64,000 nucleotides of DNA from Microbotryum violaceum (lineage: Eukaryota). Under the pieces are notes generated by a model that saw only the letters and a list, made by a program, of their open reading frames with translations, ran no database searches and was not told the DNA's origin. The stretch lies in NCBI GenBank assembly GCA_001244265.2, contig CDLV01000006.1, positions 1,178,001 to 1,242,000 on the forward strand, read 5' to 3'. Of this stretch, positions 13,080 through 24,100 are shown piece by piece (the stretch's first letter is position 1; each line of letters begins with the position of its first letter). The position numbers and the translations under genes are program-made.

Positions 13080-15843
13080 ATGGCCACTTCGACGACGACG
13101 ACAACGACCAGTGGAGGAGGTGGATCGCCCGCGGCATCGTTGACGAACTTGTTCAACACCCATCGTCGAGCGGTGCTCGTCACCCTCGCCGTCGCGATCG
13201 GGGCCACTGGTGTATACTACTACAGCTCCTCGGCACCGAGTTCAGGTCGAGGTCGAGCAGGATCGGGTGGGCGAGGCTCAGCATCGTCGTCGTCGTCGTC
13301 GAACAAGAACGGCGGTGAGGGATCGGGCAGTGGAAGCGGCGACGAGGCGGCCAAGAAGAGGAAGAAGAAGAGCAAAAAGCCAAAGACTCGCACCGCCACA
13401 CCCACCACAGCCGACGAGAGCACCTCCAACACCCCTTCTTCCCAGCTCGGCATCCCTTCTTCACAGGGTGAAGGTGGAGAGCAAGGTCAGTCAGCGAAAT
13501 GCGGCATGGCGCTGCGCCGCCGGGGGTGACCTCCACCCTTGCCGAGCTCATCTACCCGATATTACACTCTACCAGACCCTTCTGAAGCAGATATCGAGAT
13601 CATGGATCCAGAGGTGAGGGGTACAGACACAAGATGCTTCGACACGGCGCAAAGCAACGCGCAGACCAAGCGCCGACACTGACACTCATCCATCTCTACT
13701 TGCAGCAACGGACCAAACTCGCCCTGACGCTCAAAGCGAAGGGCAACAAGCTCTACTCGGGCAAAAAGTACAGGGAAGCGATCGCATGCTACTCGAGGGC
13801 GATCGCCTGTGAGGAGCAAGCCGTTTTTTACTCGAACCGAGCCGCCTGTGCGTACCCCACTATACGGCTGCGTTGGATCCACAAGCTGACCCGAGATACA
13901 TGCTACAATTGAGAACAGGCTACACCAACTTGAACGAGCAGGAGAACGTCATCGAGGACTGCACCTCGGCGTTGCGACTGGATTCGAGCTACATCAAAGC
14001 CCTCAACCGACGAGCGACAGCTCACGAATCCATCGGGGGCATCGATCACCTGTACCAAGCGCTGTGTGGTACGTGTTGCATTTGCGGGAGAAAATGTCTT
14101 CGGAGAGAGGAATACATGGCGCTGACCAGGACACGTCGGGTCTCCTTTCCCCTGCGCACAGACTTCACTGCCGCGGCCATCATCGATAACTTCTCGACCG
14201 AATCAACCCAAGTCTCGGTCGAACGCGTGATGAAGAAGCTGGCGGGTGAAAAGGCGACGATCGCGCTCAAGGACCGAGAGCCCCGATTGCCGTCACCTAC
14301 CTTCATCAAGGCGTACCTTGAGGCATTCCGACCTCGTGAGTCCTCAGCTAACTTATCGGCCCCTGCGGTTCATGCGCTGATCTTCTCCTGGTGTACAGAA
14401 CCCGACCCCGAGGACCCCGAGGACCCGTCTCAAGGTGATCAGACCCTCAAGCTTGCCTTTGAGGCCTTGCACGCCAAGGACTTCGTCCACGCCCTGAGCT
14501 ATTTCAACGAAGCGATCGAGCAAGGCATCTCGACTAACGAGGGCAAAGCCGCGGCGCTCAACATGCGTGCCACGTTCCGTTTCATCATGTCCGATGCTCC
14601 TGCTGCTTTGGTCGACCTCGATGAAGCGACGTCGCTCTCGCCGACGGGCACGCAGAGTTGGGTCAAGAAGGCGAGCGTGCACATGGAGCTTGGGCAGCCG
14701 GAGGAGGCGTTCCGGGACTTTGATAGAGCGTCAGCCATCGACCCGGAAAACGCTGATGTGTGAGTGCTGATCGATTTAGGGTCCAGCCTTATCGGCTGCA
14801 AAGACTGATGTACGCGCTCTCACAGTCACTACCACCGCGGCCAAGTTTACTTCATCACCGGTGAATTCGACAAGGCCATCACCGAATACCGTCGTTCGAG
14901 CGAGATCGACCCAAGTTTCATTTTCTCCCACATCCAACTCGCGGTCGCAAACTACAAGAACGAGGCCGTCGAGAAGGCGATGCACCAGTTCCGCAAGTTC
15001 CTCAAGGACTACCCCAAGAGCCCCGAGGTGTTCAACTACTATGGCGAGCTGCTGCTCGACCAGCAAAAGTACGAGGAGGCGGTGCAAAACTTTGAAAAGT
15101 CGATCCAACTGGATAAGAACTCGTGAGTTTACTTAGCCGTATGTTGGCGAATAGATTGAGGAGTGGGTCTGACGTATAATTGTCCTTCCCCCCACAGCAT
15201 CCCTCGAAATGCCCTGTACGTGACCAGCCTCTCATGGACCGTCCAGCTTTATCCGTTGACCAACGAACACGCTCCTTATCTCGAACTCAATAGACCTCTT
15301 GTCAATAAGGCCTTGGCTGTCTTCCAGTGGAAGCAAGACTTTGCACAAGCGGAGAAGATCTGCCGCGAGGCACTCGAGATCGGTAAGTCCCCTCTTGCCT
15401 TTCGCCTTGCTCGCCACGACCGTCTGACCCAGGATTTATATCCCATTGTCGTAGATGAGCAATGCGATGTCGCCGTGGCTACTTTGGCGCAGCTCTTGCT
15501 GCAGCAGAACAAGGTTCACGACGCTGTCAAGATGTTCGAGCTGAGCGCGCAAGTGAGCCGCACCGAACCCGAGTTGGTCAACGCCCTCACCTATGAATGC
15601 GTAAGTGCAGCATTCTGAACTCTTAGGGCTCACGACCGACTCACAAATACACCAATCTTATTGTTCCATTCTTAGGCTACTCGAGCCCAAATCGCTTTCA
15701 TCGAGGCGTATCCATCCTACGCAGAAAAGGTATGCGCGGGCAGCCTCATTCCATCGCCGGTGTCATATAACCGAGTAGCTGACGCACCGCGAGTTTCTCG
15801 TTCCTCACAGCTCGGCCTGAACCGAAGTGCTCCTACCGCTTGA
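13080..15843 (+). CDS. TOM70: Mitochondrial import receptor Tom70 (TPR protein)
   Basis: N-terminal anchor [18 protein letters not shown] plus basic KKRKKKSKK; TPRs LKAKGNKLY...AIACYSRAI...[65 protein letters not shown]; multi-exon; stop at 15841-15843. Confidence 0.93.
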
Positions 15844-18800
15844 CTTGGACCTACCTACCCTACTCCATAGTTCCTCCTCGAACTCTGTCGCCGACACTAC
15901 TGGTTCTTACACGGGAAATTGAATGATTTGCAAGGAGGAGCCCATTCCCTCTTCGCTCGTCGTCCCTAGCTCTCTCTCTCTCACATGTGATTTACCTCTC
16001 GCGACGCACCCTTGATAAACGGAAGAGGGCGGGGAAAACTTTCATTGCGATGTAGTTCTACGGTGAAAATATTTACCTAGCATGTCCTTTGGTAGAATCT
16101 GTCATTACCACCACTTACCAAAACTAGAAATCACGGTGGCCTCTCGGCTTTCCGCTCGGATCCCGTACCTCACCGCTTGCGACATCCCGAATGAACGCGA
16201 GCAAATCTGAGCACATCGTCGAAAGCGTGACGAAAGCCGCAGAGATCGGCACTTGGGAATACTGATCGGAACAGGGGCACCATATCTTGGAGATTTCACA
16301 AGGTGATGCAAGTCTGCGGTAGCAGCATGCGGTTTTGCGATTTATTACCTAGTACACCCCGGCCTCGGAATTGACCGTTGAAAACTCGATGACAAGTTGT
16401 CGGTACACGGTAGGTCATCTTCCCTACATAAATTACAGGCTCATGCCTAATGCTCCTTGGAACGACGTTCTGCGTTTCATTACAGGAGTCCCTTCACTTG
16501 GAAGGGCTAGGCTGAAAAAACGCCAACGGGCCGCGAGTCGGTAAAGGCAAAGCGTAAAAGGTCGAGGCTGATCATCAAGCGCGGGCGGCGGTACGGCCAT
16601 GCGGCGAGATTTGCTTCATTGAATCTGGATCATCATCCTTTATACAGGCTTTGGTGGTTGGGGCGCTGGAAAGGCAAAGTGTCCGGAGACCGGGTCCGCT
16701 TCGGCCCGTCCGAGTCGAACCCTCGTTTTGCTAGACCTTCAAATCTTCGAGGTTCTAACTCCACGGGGAAACCGAAGCGGCAAGCTGCGGGGAAGGCGTT
16801 ATCAGTCACTTTCTTCGGTCTTATAGGAGCACCCGGGAGGTGGGCACCACCTCAGCACTCGCACAGTCGTGAGCTGAGCTCTTCGAAGTGCTCTGTGCTC
16901 TGTGCTCACTCATTGTTCGAGCGACTTACGGTGCCTTAGTGGAGCTTTTTAGAAGGTGCGAGAGGCAAGGTTTTTGGTTGCTATGCGAAGGTGAGCTACA
17001 TTTTCTTGGTTCTTTGGATGACCACGCCCAGGCCACGAGCAATTAAGCGGAAGCCTCCCCATAGCCGTGCCGAACAATTGCGCAAAAACAAAGGGAATCA
17101 CAGAGCAGCCGCCGAGCATACTTTGTCTTTGCAGTCTTTGCGGGCAACCTGTAGTGGCAAAAGAAGCCTCTCGTTTTGCGTAGTCCGTTCAATCTTGGGA
17201 AGAAAGATCCGCACACGACAACTTCTTTGGACCGCACACGTGGTCGGACCACTGAAGTTGTCCCCCTGCCCCCACACCCTTCTTTCTTGACAATTGAGTT
17301 TCTTCGCTGAATTGTGATTGTGTAGGATTTTAGCAACTTTGGAGACCTGGCTGTCGGTACCTAAATATGCTGCAGCCACCTATATGGGGCACGGAAGCGA
17401 TAACTAGGTTGGTGTGTGAGGCCGTTCCGTTACCCATGTCCAACGAATCTGAGGCGAGATCATCACGCCGATGAGCTGATCGCGGGCGTCGGTCGGGCTC
17501 CGCAGCGGTCGGCCACCCAGCGCTGCCACCGGACCAGGCTTGCAGCGGCAGCCCATGTTATCTGTTGGAGCAAGACATGTTTCACTGACTTGACAATTCT
17601 TCACGCTTTCCAGCCAATTGTTTGCTAATTTTCGCCAAGTAGGCTGTGGCGGGACGAGGTTTTAAAGTTGTATCGGTATGCCCTGGACAATTAAAGATCT
17701 GAGCTTTTCCAAGCGAATGTTCTACGCAAGACAAGGAGAATATCGAGACGGGGGAGGAAAGGATCTACACAAATCACAGGATGGCCGTGTGTTCGGTGCA
17801 AAGTCGACCTTCGGCCAGGGGCGAAGGCCAATGCTCAGCGCAGAGTGTCTGGAGGCGCGGTCGGCCATAGCACGGGGCGTAGGTATATGACAATTTTCTG
17901 AAGGCTGACCGAAATCCGCACGACGGCTGGAAGGAAGGTCGGAGTAATGCTGTGCCTGAGGCGTTAGATACCTAGGATCCGGCTCTATCACAGGTGTGTA
18001 GCGTCGTCTCCAAGTACGCCGTAACCAGCAGGGACCGTGCCACAGGCAGAGACATCCGTGGGTGGATCGAGGCACTGAACCGACGGTCACACCCGGAAGG
18101 GCTATAAATTTCGGCTCTCGTGAGCGAGCCCCACAACGCGTGCGTGTTCGCGCTGGCCTCGAGGTGCTCAGCTGCTCGAACGAAGAGCCGAGCTGGTCCG
18201 AAAACCCGGAAGCCGTCCGGGTCCAAAAGTGCCCGATACTCCGTGCGCGCCTTCGGCCGCACCGCCGACACGGTCCAGAGTTTCGTCTCTAGTTGCGAAG
18301 GGCGACCTCTAGGGCGGCAGAGGGCCCCGACGATTAGCGTGAGGATCACGTTGAATAACCATTACCGACGATGGCCCTCCGTTCCTCCGTTCGTTCGTCG
18401 CCGCTGTCGCAGTTTGTCGCAGTTTGTCGCAGTCGCAGTCGCTCTCGCCCTGCCAGCTCTTCCATCTCTTGCATCGCACTCTGCTGCAATTGTTTTTTCC
18501 GTCGTCCATCCTTTCTTCCCTCCCCTTTAGCTTGCATCGCACCGCGGCGTCGCTCAGCGAGATCAAAGCTTCTCTCATCCGATCTCAACCCCGTCGAGCT
18601 TCCTCCCACATCGACTGCCCAAGCCACAGACACCATCTCCCGAATTGGACACATTCACTCGTTGCTCGAATTATTACGTGGCTCTCGGCGCTCGTCCAGT
18701 CTGTGAGTCGCTACATTTCGCCCTGGATCGTCGGTGCCTTTCCCGGTTTGAATGCACGCGACCGTGCGACCGTCGTCGCCGGCGGCCGTGCACGTGGCTC

Positions 18801-18924
18801 CCGGCTCCTCATGGGCTCTAGTTGTGACTATGTGAACCGAATGCTGACGCTACATTCTTGTCATAATTTCGTCGTCAGCAGAAAGAACAAAAGGAAACCT
18901 TTGACTTCCGCCCTTCAAGCAAAT

Positions 18925-20181
18925 ATGTCGGCACTCGCTCCAGTGGCTCGTGCTGCCTCCATCCCCATCCCACGCATCGCAGGAGGCGTTGTCCTCAAGC
19001 CCATCTTCGTTCACCCTTCGCACTTTGAAGGATCGGCCCCAACCTCCCCCTACCTTGACCCTTCTGCCTCTTCACCATTTAACTCTTCCTACTCCATGGC
19101 CACGTCATCGTCGTCCGAGACCCCCGACGCCGAAACGCTCGCGCGCGTAGAAAATATTTCCCTGGACTTCTCGCCACCCTCGCCTTCCTTGTCGCTGACC
19201 TCACTCGACTCGCTCGACTCGTGCAACCCTTCGACTGACTTCTTTGCCGCCGCGTTTGGGAGATCCACTAGTAACTCCGATGCCGAGTCGTACTTCACCT
19301 TGGACACCTCCCCCTCGTCTTCCAACTCTTCCACGCCGACGTGCGAGTCCCCGACGGCGTCGTTCAAGCCGGCATCGGAGGCAAGCGAGGTATCGTCGTC
19401 GCTCCCGATCGTCTTTCCCGCATCCTTCCCCTTCGCTACGTTTGCTGCACCCGTATCTCGTCCCGCTTCACCCCCCGTTTCGGCGGTCCTGCGTCGAGCT
19501 TCGACCGCGGGGGGATCCATGATGGCACGCTCCGTTTCGTCGCCCGTCGAGACCCAACGCGAACTCGATCAGCGCCGCCGACGACAAGCAGACGCGAGCG
19601 AGCTCATGCACGAATCGGCTACTAAAATGGCAAGGACGCGCTCAATGGCGGCGTTCGGTAGTTCTTCGATGATGTCGCGCGCACCGTCTGGCTTTGGCCT
19701 CAGGCCCGCACGACCCGTCACCCCTGTCACGCAGCCAAGCTGCCCCTCGCCGCTGGTGACACCTTTCGAGGAAGGGTGGGGCGCGGCCCTGCCTCCCCGT
19801 GAGAAAGCAGAACCTGCCGTGCTTCCTCCTTTCCCCTTCAACCACGTCGGCGTCAACTACTCTCCAGGGCGATTGAACCGCTCGCACTCTGCAACCTACG
19901 TGCCTCAATATCGCGCGCCTCGGTCCCCGGAGATTTCATCACACCTCTCCGACGCTGCGCAAACTGCATCTTTGTCGGCGTCCTCCTTTTCCTCGCAACT
20001 ACCCGACGCACCTTTGATGGTCACGATCCCGAACTCACCTTCGATGACCCGTCCGCGACGGTCGACGCTGGGCCTCGCCGCCCTGACGCCGATCATCCCA
20101 ACGCAAGGCTTCGAGGTATCTATCGACGCCCTCCCGCCTATGGCACCTGGGCGACTCACGCGTGGCGCCTCGTTTTCCTAG
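18925..20181 (+). CDS. Hypothetical Ser/Pro-rich, probably disordered protein (~418 aa)
   Basis: Long single-exon ORF with gene-like codon use, preceded by a CT-rich leader and a probable 5'UTR intron (18703-~18878). No recognisable domain. Confidence 0.7.
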   Translation: MSALAPVARAASIPIPRIAGGVVLKPIFVHPSHFEGSAPTSPYLDPSASSPFNSSYSMATSSSSETPDAETLARVENISLDFSPPSPSLSLTSLDSLDSCNPSTDFFAAAFGRSTSNSDAESYFTLDTSPSSSNSSTPTCESPTASFKPASEASEVSSSLPIVFPASFPFATFAAPVSRPASPPVSAVLRRASTAGGSMMARSVSSPVETQRELDQRRRRQADASELMHESATKMARTRSMAAFGSSSMMSRAPSGFGLRPARPVTPVTQPSCPSPLVTPFEEGWGAALPPREKAEPAVLPPFPFNHVGVNYSPGRLNRSHSATYVPQYRAPRSPEISSHLSDAAQTASLSASSFSSQLPDAPLMVTIPNSPSMTRPRRSTLGLAALTPIIPTQGFEVSIDALPPMAPGRLTRGASFS

Positions 20182-21379
20182 CATTTCGCATGCAATGCTC
20201 TCATTCGATACGCTTTCGACTCCATCCTAGCTGCATTTCCATTTCTTTACCGTCCTTCCGGCTGCATTCGCAACGTCCGACTCTGCAACCTTCCCTTCTC
20301 CGATGCTTCGATGCCGAACTATGTAACGACTTGGTCGCCGTCCTACAGTCGTTTTCATTAGTGCATGCATCCTCTTAGTATCCATGACCCCATCCCTGAT
20401 GCCTGTGCCTCGGGGAGCAGTAGATCTTCCGCATTTATGTACGCAGTCGTCCGGTTCCATTCTTTTATTTGTTGGATTATACTGCAGTGATGCAACATAA
20501 ATTTGAATACCAACATCACTTGCTCTGCCACGCCTCGTTACCTCCTGGAGACTTGACTCGTCGAATAATCGAAACTTCCTTCGCGGTCGATCTAAGGCGC
20601 GCCGGGCCCGCGTTGTGACGCCTATCGGCGCGATTCTCCGTCCCGATGCCGATGCCAGCTCTGGCAGTATGGTGCTACCTGCGGTATCATTATTAGTGCC
20701 TGCTCGTCGGAACACATGTAGAAGAAACTTCATCGTTTCACAATGACTTGTTCCCACTTCAGTAATTCACCACTCGCGGCACTGAGGCAGAACCTTACTG
20801 CGAGCGACCATATGCATTACATCATTAACTCCTTCTCGCCGCTCGCGCACTCTGCGTCTGTGCTGGCGAACGTATTCGTTCATTCCAACCTCACGGTTTC
20901 AAGTACCTACCACATCTGTACATCAATTCTGCATGTCCCCATCCGTCCCGACCGAACCCATAAAGAAGTCCGGACTGTGAATATCCTGCAGAATGCTGTT
21001 CATTTCCGCGAGCAGAGGGGCGGGAGACCACGTCCCGATTCGCTTGATGACAGCACCGAGACTGGCGACACGACGATCCACTACGCAAACCAGGCGCTAG
21101 ATTCGGGGTCGGTGCCGAGCTCGCGCAGCATCTCCTCACCCATCTCAAAGGTCCTGCTCCCCAAGCGACGAGGGCTCGCACAACGGATGCCTAGGCTAAA
21201 AATTGCCGCGGAATCTGATGTCGAGGTTGCGTTCAAAATGAATGTAGAATGGCGTGCACGTGAACGTGGTCGATGCCGAGGAAGAACCACGCAGGGCGCA
21301 ATGATCTTGCCCTTTCCAGCAGAGAGGAAGCAACGTCCGCGATACGCTTTAATCCGAGGGTAATTCAGGGAAAGCCGAA

Positions 21380-22254
21380 ATAGTTAAGTCAAAGAAGCAC
21401 CAGTCAAGATGGCTGCGGTAGTAAACAGCATGAACATGTCAGAATTTCCTGATGTTCGTACTGAGCAATGCAGCCGTAGCCAACGCGCGCCGCTTACAAT
21501 GAGAAAAGCTGACCGCGGCAAGTCTTCCAAGTACGTCTCGACCATGCAAGACCTCGACAATCCTTTCGGCTTCCCATGCTGTGATTTCCCGAGACACCGA
21601 AATTCGGAACCTCCTGCAAAATCCATCCGGTCGATCCGCTACCATCGGGCTGATTCGAAGATCGCAGCAGCAGCAAAGTGATTCAAGCAGAGCCAATCGT
21701 GATGGGTAAAAAGTCGTCGGTGCCGACGTCCAAAAAGGCGCCCTAAATTGCTCGTGCGCCCAAAAGGCTCGGTTGGATGGGTTCACGCGGTGCTCTCGAA
21801 TCGAGGCGGAAGCGCAATCGAACGGCTCATCGAAGTGTGCCCTCAGCCGCAGCGAGGAAGCAACTAATGCAGAATGAAGCGGAAGCTTTGCGATGCCTCC
21901 AGTATCCGATCGAGGCTAAAGCGACCACTGCCCATCTGTCCGCCCCCCTTCCCCTTCGACCCCAGAATCCTCAAGCCGACATAAGATGTACAATGTACAT
22001 CATCTTGCAATGACTGCAAATGGCGCCGAGTGTTAGGATTGAGTGGATGTGAGATGTTGAGACGGCTGTATGTCGAGTAGCGATGGGTGTCGAGAATGGT
22101 TGCTCTTCGAGATGAGTTGACGCCACCGCGAAGATTGACGCTGGGCGAGTTACCCGAACGATCTCCGATGTGAGCAGAGTGTATGCGCATGAAGGGAGGG
22201 TTAAGACCGATGGAGATGCAGTCAGTCGGGATATCGAGTCAAGTAGGAATACAT
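21380..22254 (-). pseudogene. Possible decayed F-box-like gene remnant
   Basis: From ATG 22254: MYSYLTRYPD*LHLH...SFG*LAQRQSSRWRQLI loosely resembles an F-box start with in-frame stops; a downstream exon-like stretch (EAERIVEVLHGRDVLGRLAAVSFSH) is followed by a GTAAGC...CTGAC...CAG intron. Weak. Confidence 0.25.
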
Positions 22255-23237
22255 GGTGTCACACCGTGGGGGCGAGGGATGATGATGGGCGGCAGTGAAC
22301 CGGCAGAGTATGGTCAGAAGTAGAAGAGGATCAGAAGCAAGAGGGCTCGGGCGGCAGACAGCAGTCGCTTGAGGACACTTTAGCGAGCGACCGAACGGGG
22401 TCAAAGCGGCAGCAGATCGGCTGAGGACCTGACCCCCGAGATCGTCTAAACGGAATCGGAATTAGGCTAATCGCGCGAATAGCAGGGCACTTTGGTCCCG
22501 AGGATGGCAACTCTGGTCCCACATCGGAGGCGACTTTGGACTTTGGGATCACATCCGAGGTCATTCTTGTACCACGTTCATGGGGACTTTGGTACCACAT
22601 AGTGTAGATGCCTGTATCTCTTGCAATGTGTGATGTATCACTCTGGGAACAGTATTTTGATGCATATACAGGTCTATAGTACTTCTGGCCGGTGAGACAA
22701 GGCGGACGATGCAGTAGTTGCTACATCGATGTTCTGCCCCGCTTGGCCTCTCTGCGCCGGTGGTGTCAGCAGCGGTCCGGCGCCCGAACCGCCAAGGTCG
22801 ACACTCCCGAACGTGATTGCGCCGACTCGGATTAGACCAGAATTGGCACCGGTCCCTCACTTCTCTCATCCATGAAGAACAGTTCATAGAGATCGAGCGA
22901 AGATACAGACTCTAATAAGTCACGTTTCGACATCGGCAGACTTTTGCTTGTATGATCATTGCAGTTGAACAATGTTCAAACGTCCCCGATCTCTTTTGCA
23001 GGCCCCCGGAGCAACGACGGCCATCCGCAGAACCTCCACAACAGGTTGACCTTCGCGGGTTGACTCCAAGCTTCTAGAAGAGTGATGGGCAGTTCTTGAC
23101 GTCATCAGATCCCCACTGCTACGTCTGACGGCTGTTGATGATGAGTAGACGAGGGCGCCTTACCGTAAGGTCGCTCGACGACAGCGAGACAGCATTCATA
23201 TTTGCGTGGAGCCCAATCATGCGTCTGTTGATATATC

Positions 23238-23861
23238 TCACGAATAAGAGTTAGTTCGATCACAGGACGAAACAAAACGCAGCGCAGCACGCAGCTTCAT
23301 CACACCTCTGTAGCTATGAACCTTGGGAGCTCCAGGACAGGGAGGTTGCTTACAAATTTCCATTAGGATTTCTGCTTGCGAGGAACGAGCGGCCTGAGAC
23401 GGAGCTCGTTGTGCTCTGCAGTGGTGAAGATGATGTTTGAGAGAAATGCCTCCGCGCTTCGTGTTCGACAGTTCGTCGGTCTGCGTTCCGCCGAGAGAGC
23501 TCGCAGGTATGCCGGTCCAAATCTTCTTGTCTTTCCGAGCCAGGAGTGGTGCGGAGACGACGTTGTCAGGTAATGCCTCCTCTGATCTGTCTTCTTCGAC
23601 TCCGTAGTATGAATCGCTTGTCGAATCCTCTTCGGAGTCGCTGGAACAGTTCTTGCGAGAGTTCGAAAGCCCCGAGGCTGAGGAGGTGCGAGACATCGAG
23701 GATTTGGGGGGGACCGCGACCAAAGCTGCCGAGAGTTTCGAGTCATCCTCATCCTCATATGAATCCGATTCATCATCTGATAGGTATGGCTCTGGCGAGC
23801 TTTGTTGTCGCAGCGCAATGGAAGAGCGGTCCCCTTTGTATTTGACTTGCAGTTGGTTCAT
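23238..23861 (-). CDS. Hypothetical acidic/Ser-rich ORF inside the inverted-repeat element
   Basis: 207-aa ORF (SDDESDSYEDEDDS, SSDSEEDSTSDS) preceded by a CT-rich leader; intron-like GTAAG...CTAAC...CAG segments downstream. No known domain. Confidence 0.4.
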   Translation of the reverse strand: MNQLQVKYKGDRSSIALRQQSSPEPYLSDDESDSYEDEDDSKLSAALVAVPPKSSMSRTSSASGLSNSRKNCSSDSEEDSTSDSYYGVEEDRSEEALPDNVVSAPLLARKDKKIWTGIPASSLGGTQTDELSNTKRGGISLKHHLHHCRAQRAPSQAARSSQAEILMEICKQPPCPGAPKVHSYRGVMKLRAALRFVSSCDRTNSYS

Positions 23862-24044
23862 CGCTTAAGTTGTTGACATGAGCGTACTTGGCGTCGTCTA
23901 GAAGGTACCCCATCCAGGCGTTGTTGTGCTCGAAATGGACGAACTATCCGCTCAACAAGGAAGGAAAGGAGTGCTTTGTGTGAGGATTGTATGTGTACGA
24001 GTGGGCGAGTGGGGTGTAAAGACGAGGAGCGTACGAAGCTTCAA

Positions 24045-24100
24045 TTTTTTTTTATTTTTTATTTTTTATTTTTTATTTTTTATTTTTTATTTTTTATTTT
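24045..24100. repeat. (TTTTTTA)n tract, about 8 units
   Basis: Directly visible; lies upstream of the minus-strand ORF at 23861. Confidence 0.9.

Noticed and set aside
16000-18300. Short ORFs between TOM70 and the 18.9 kb gene
   Set aside because: No recognisable domain, repeat or consistent exon chain.
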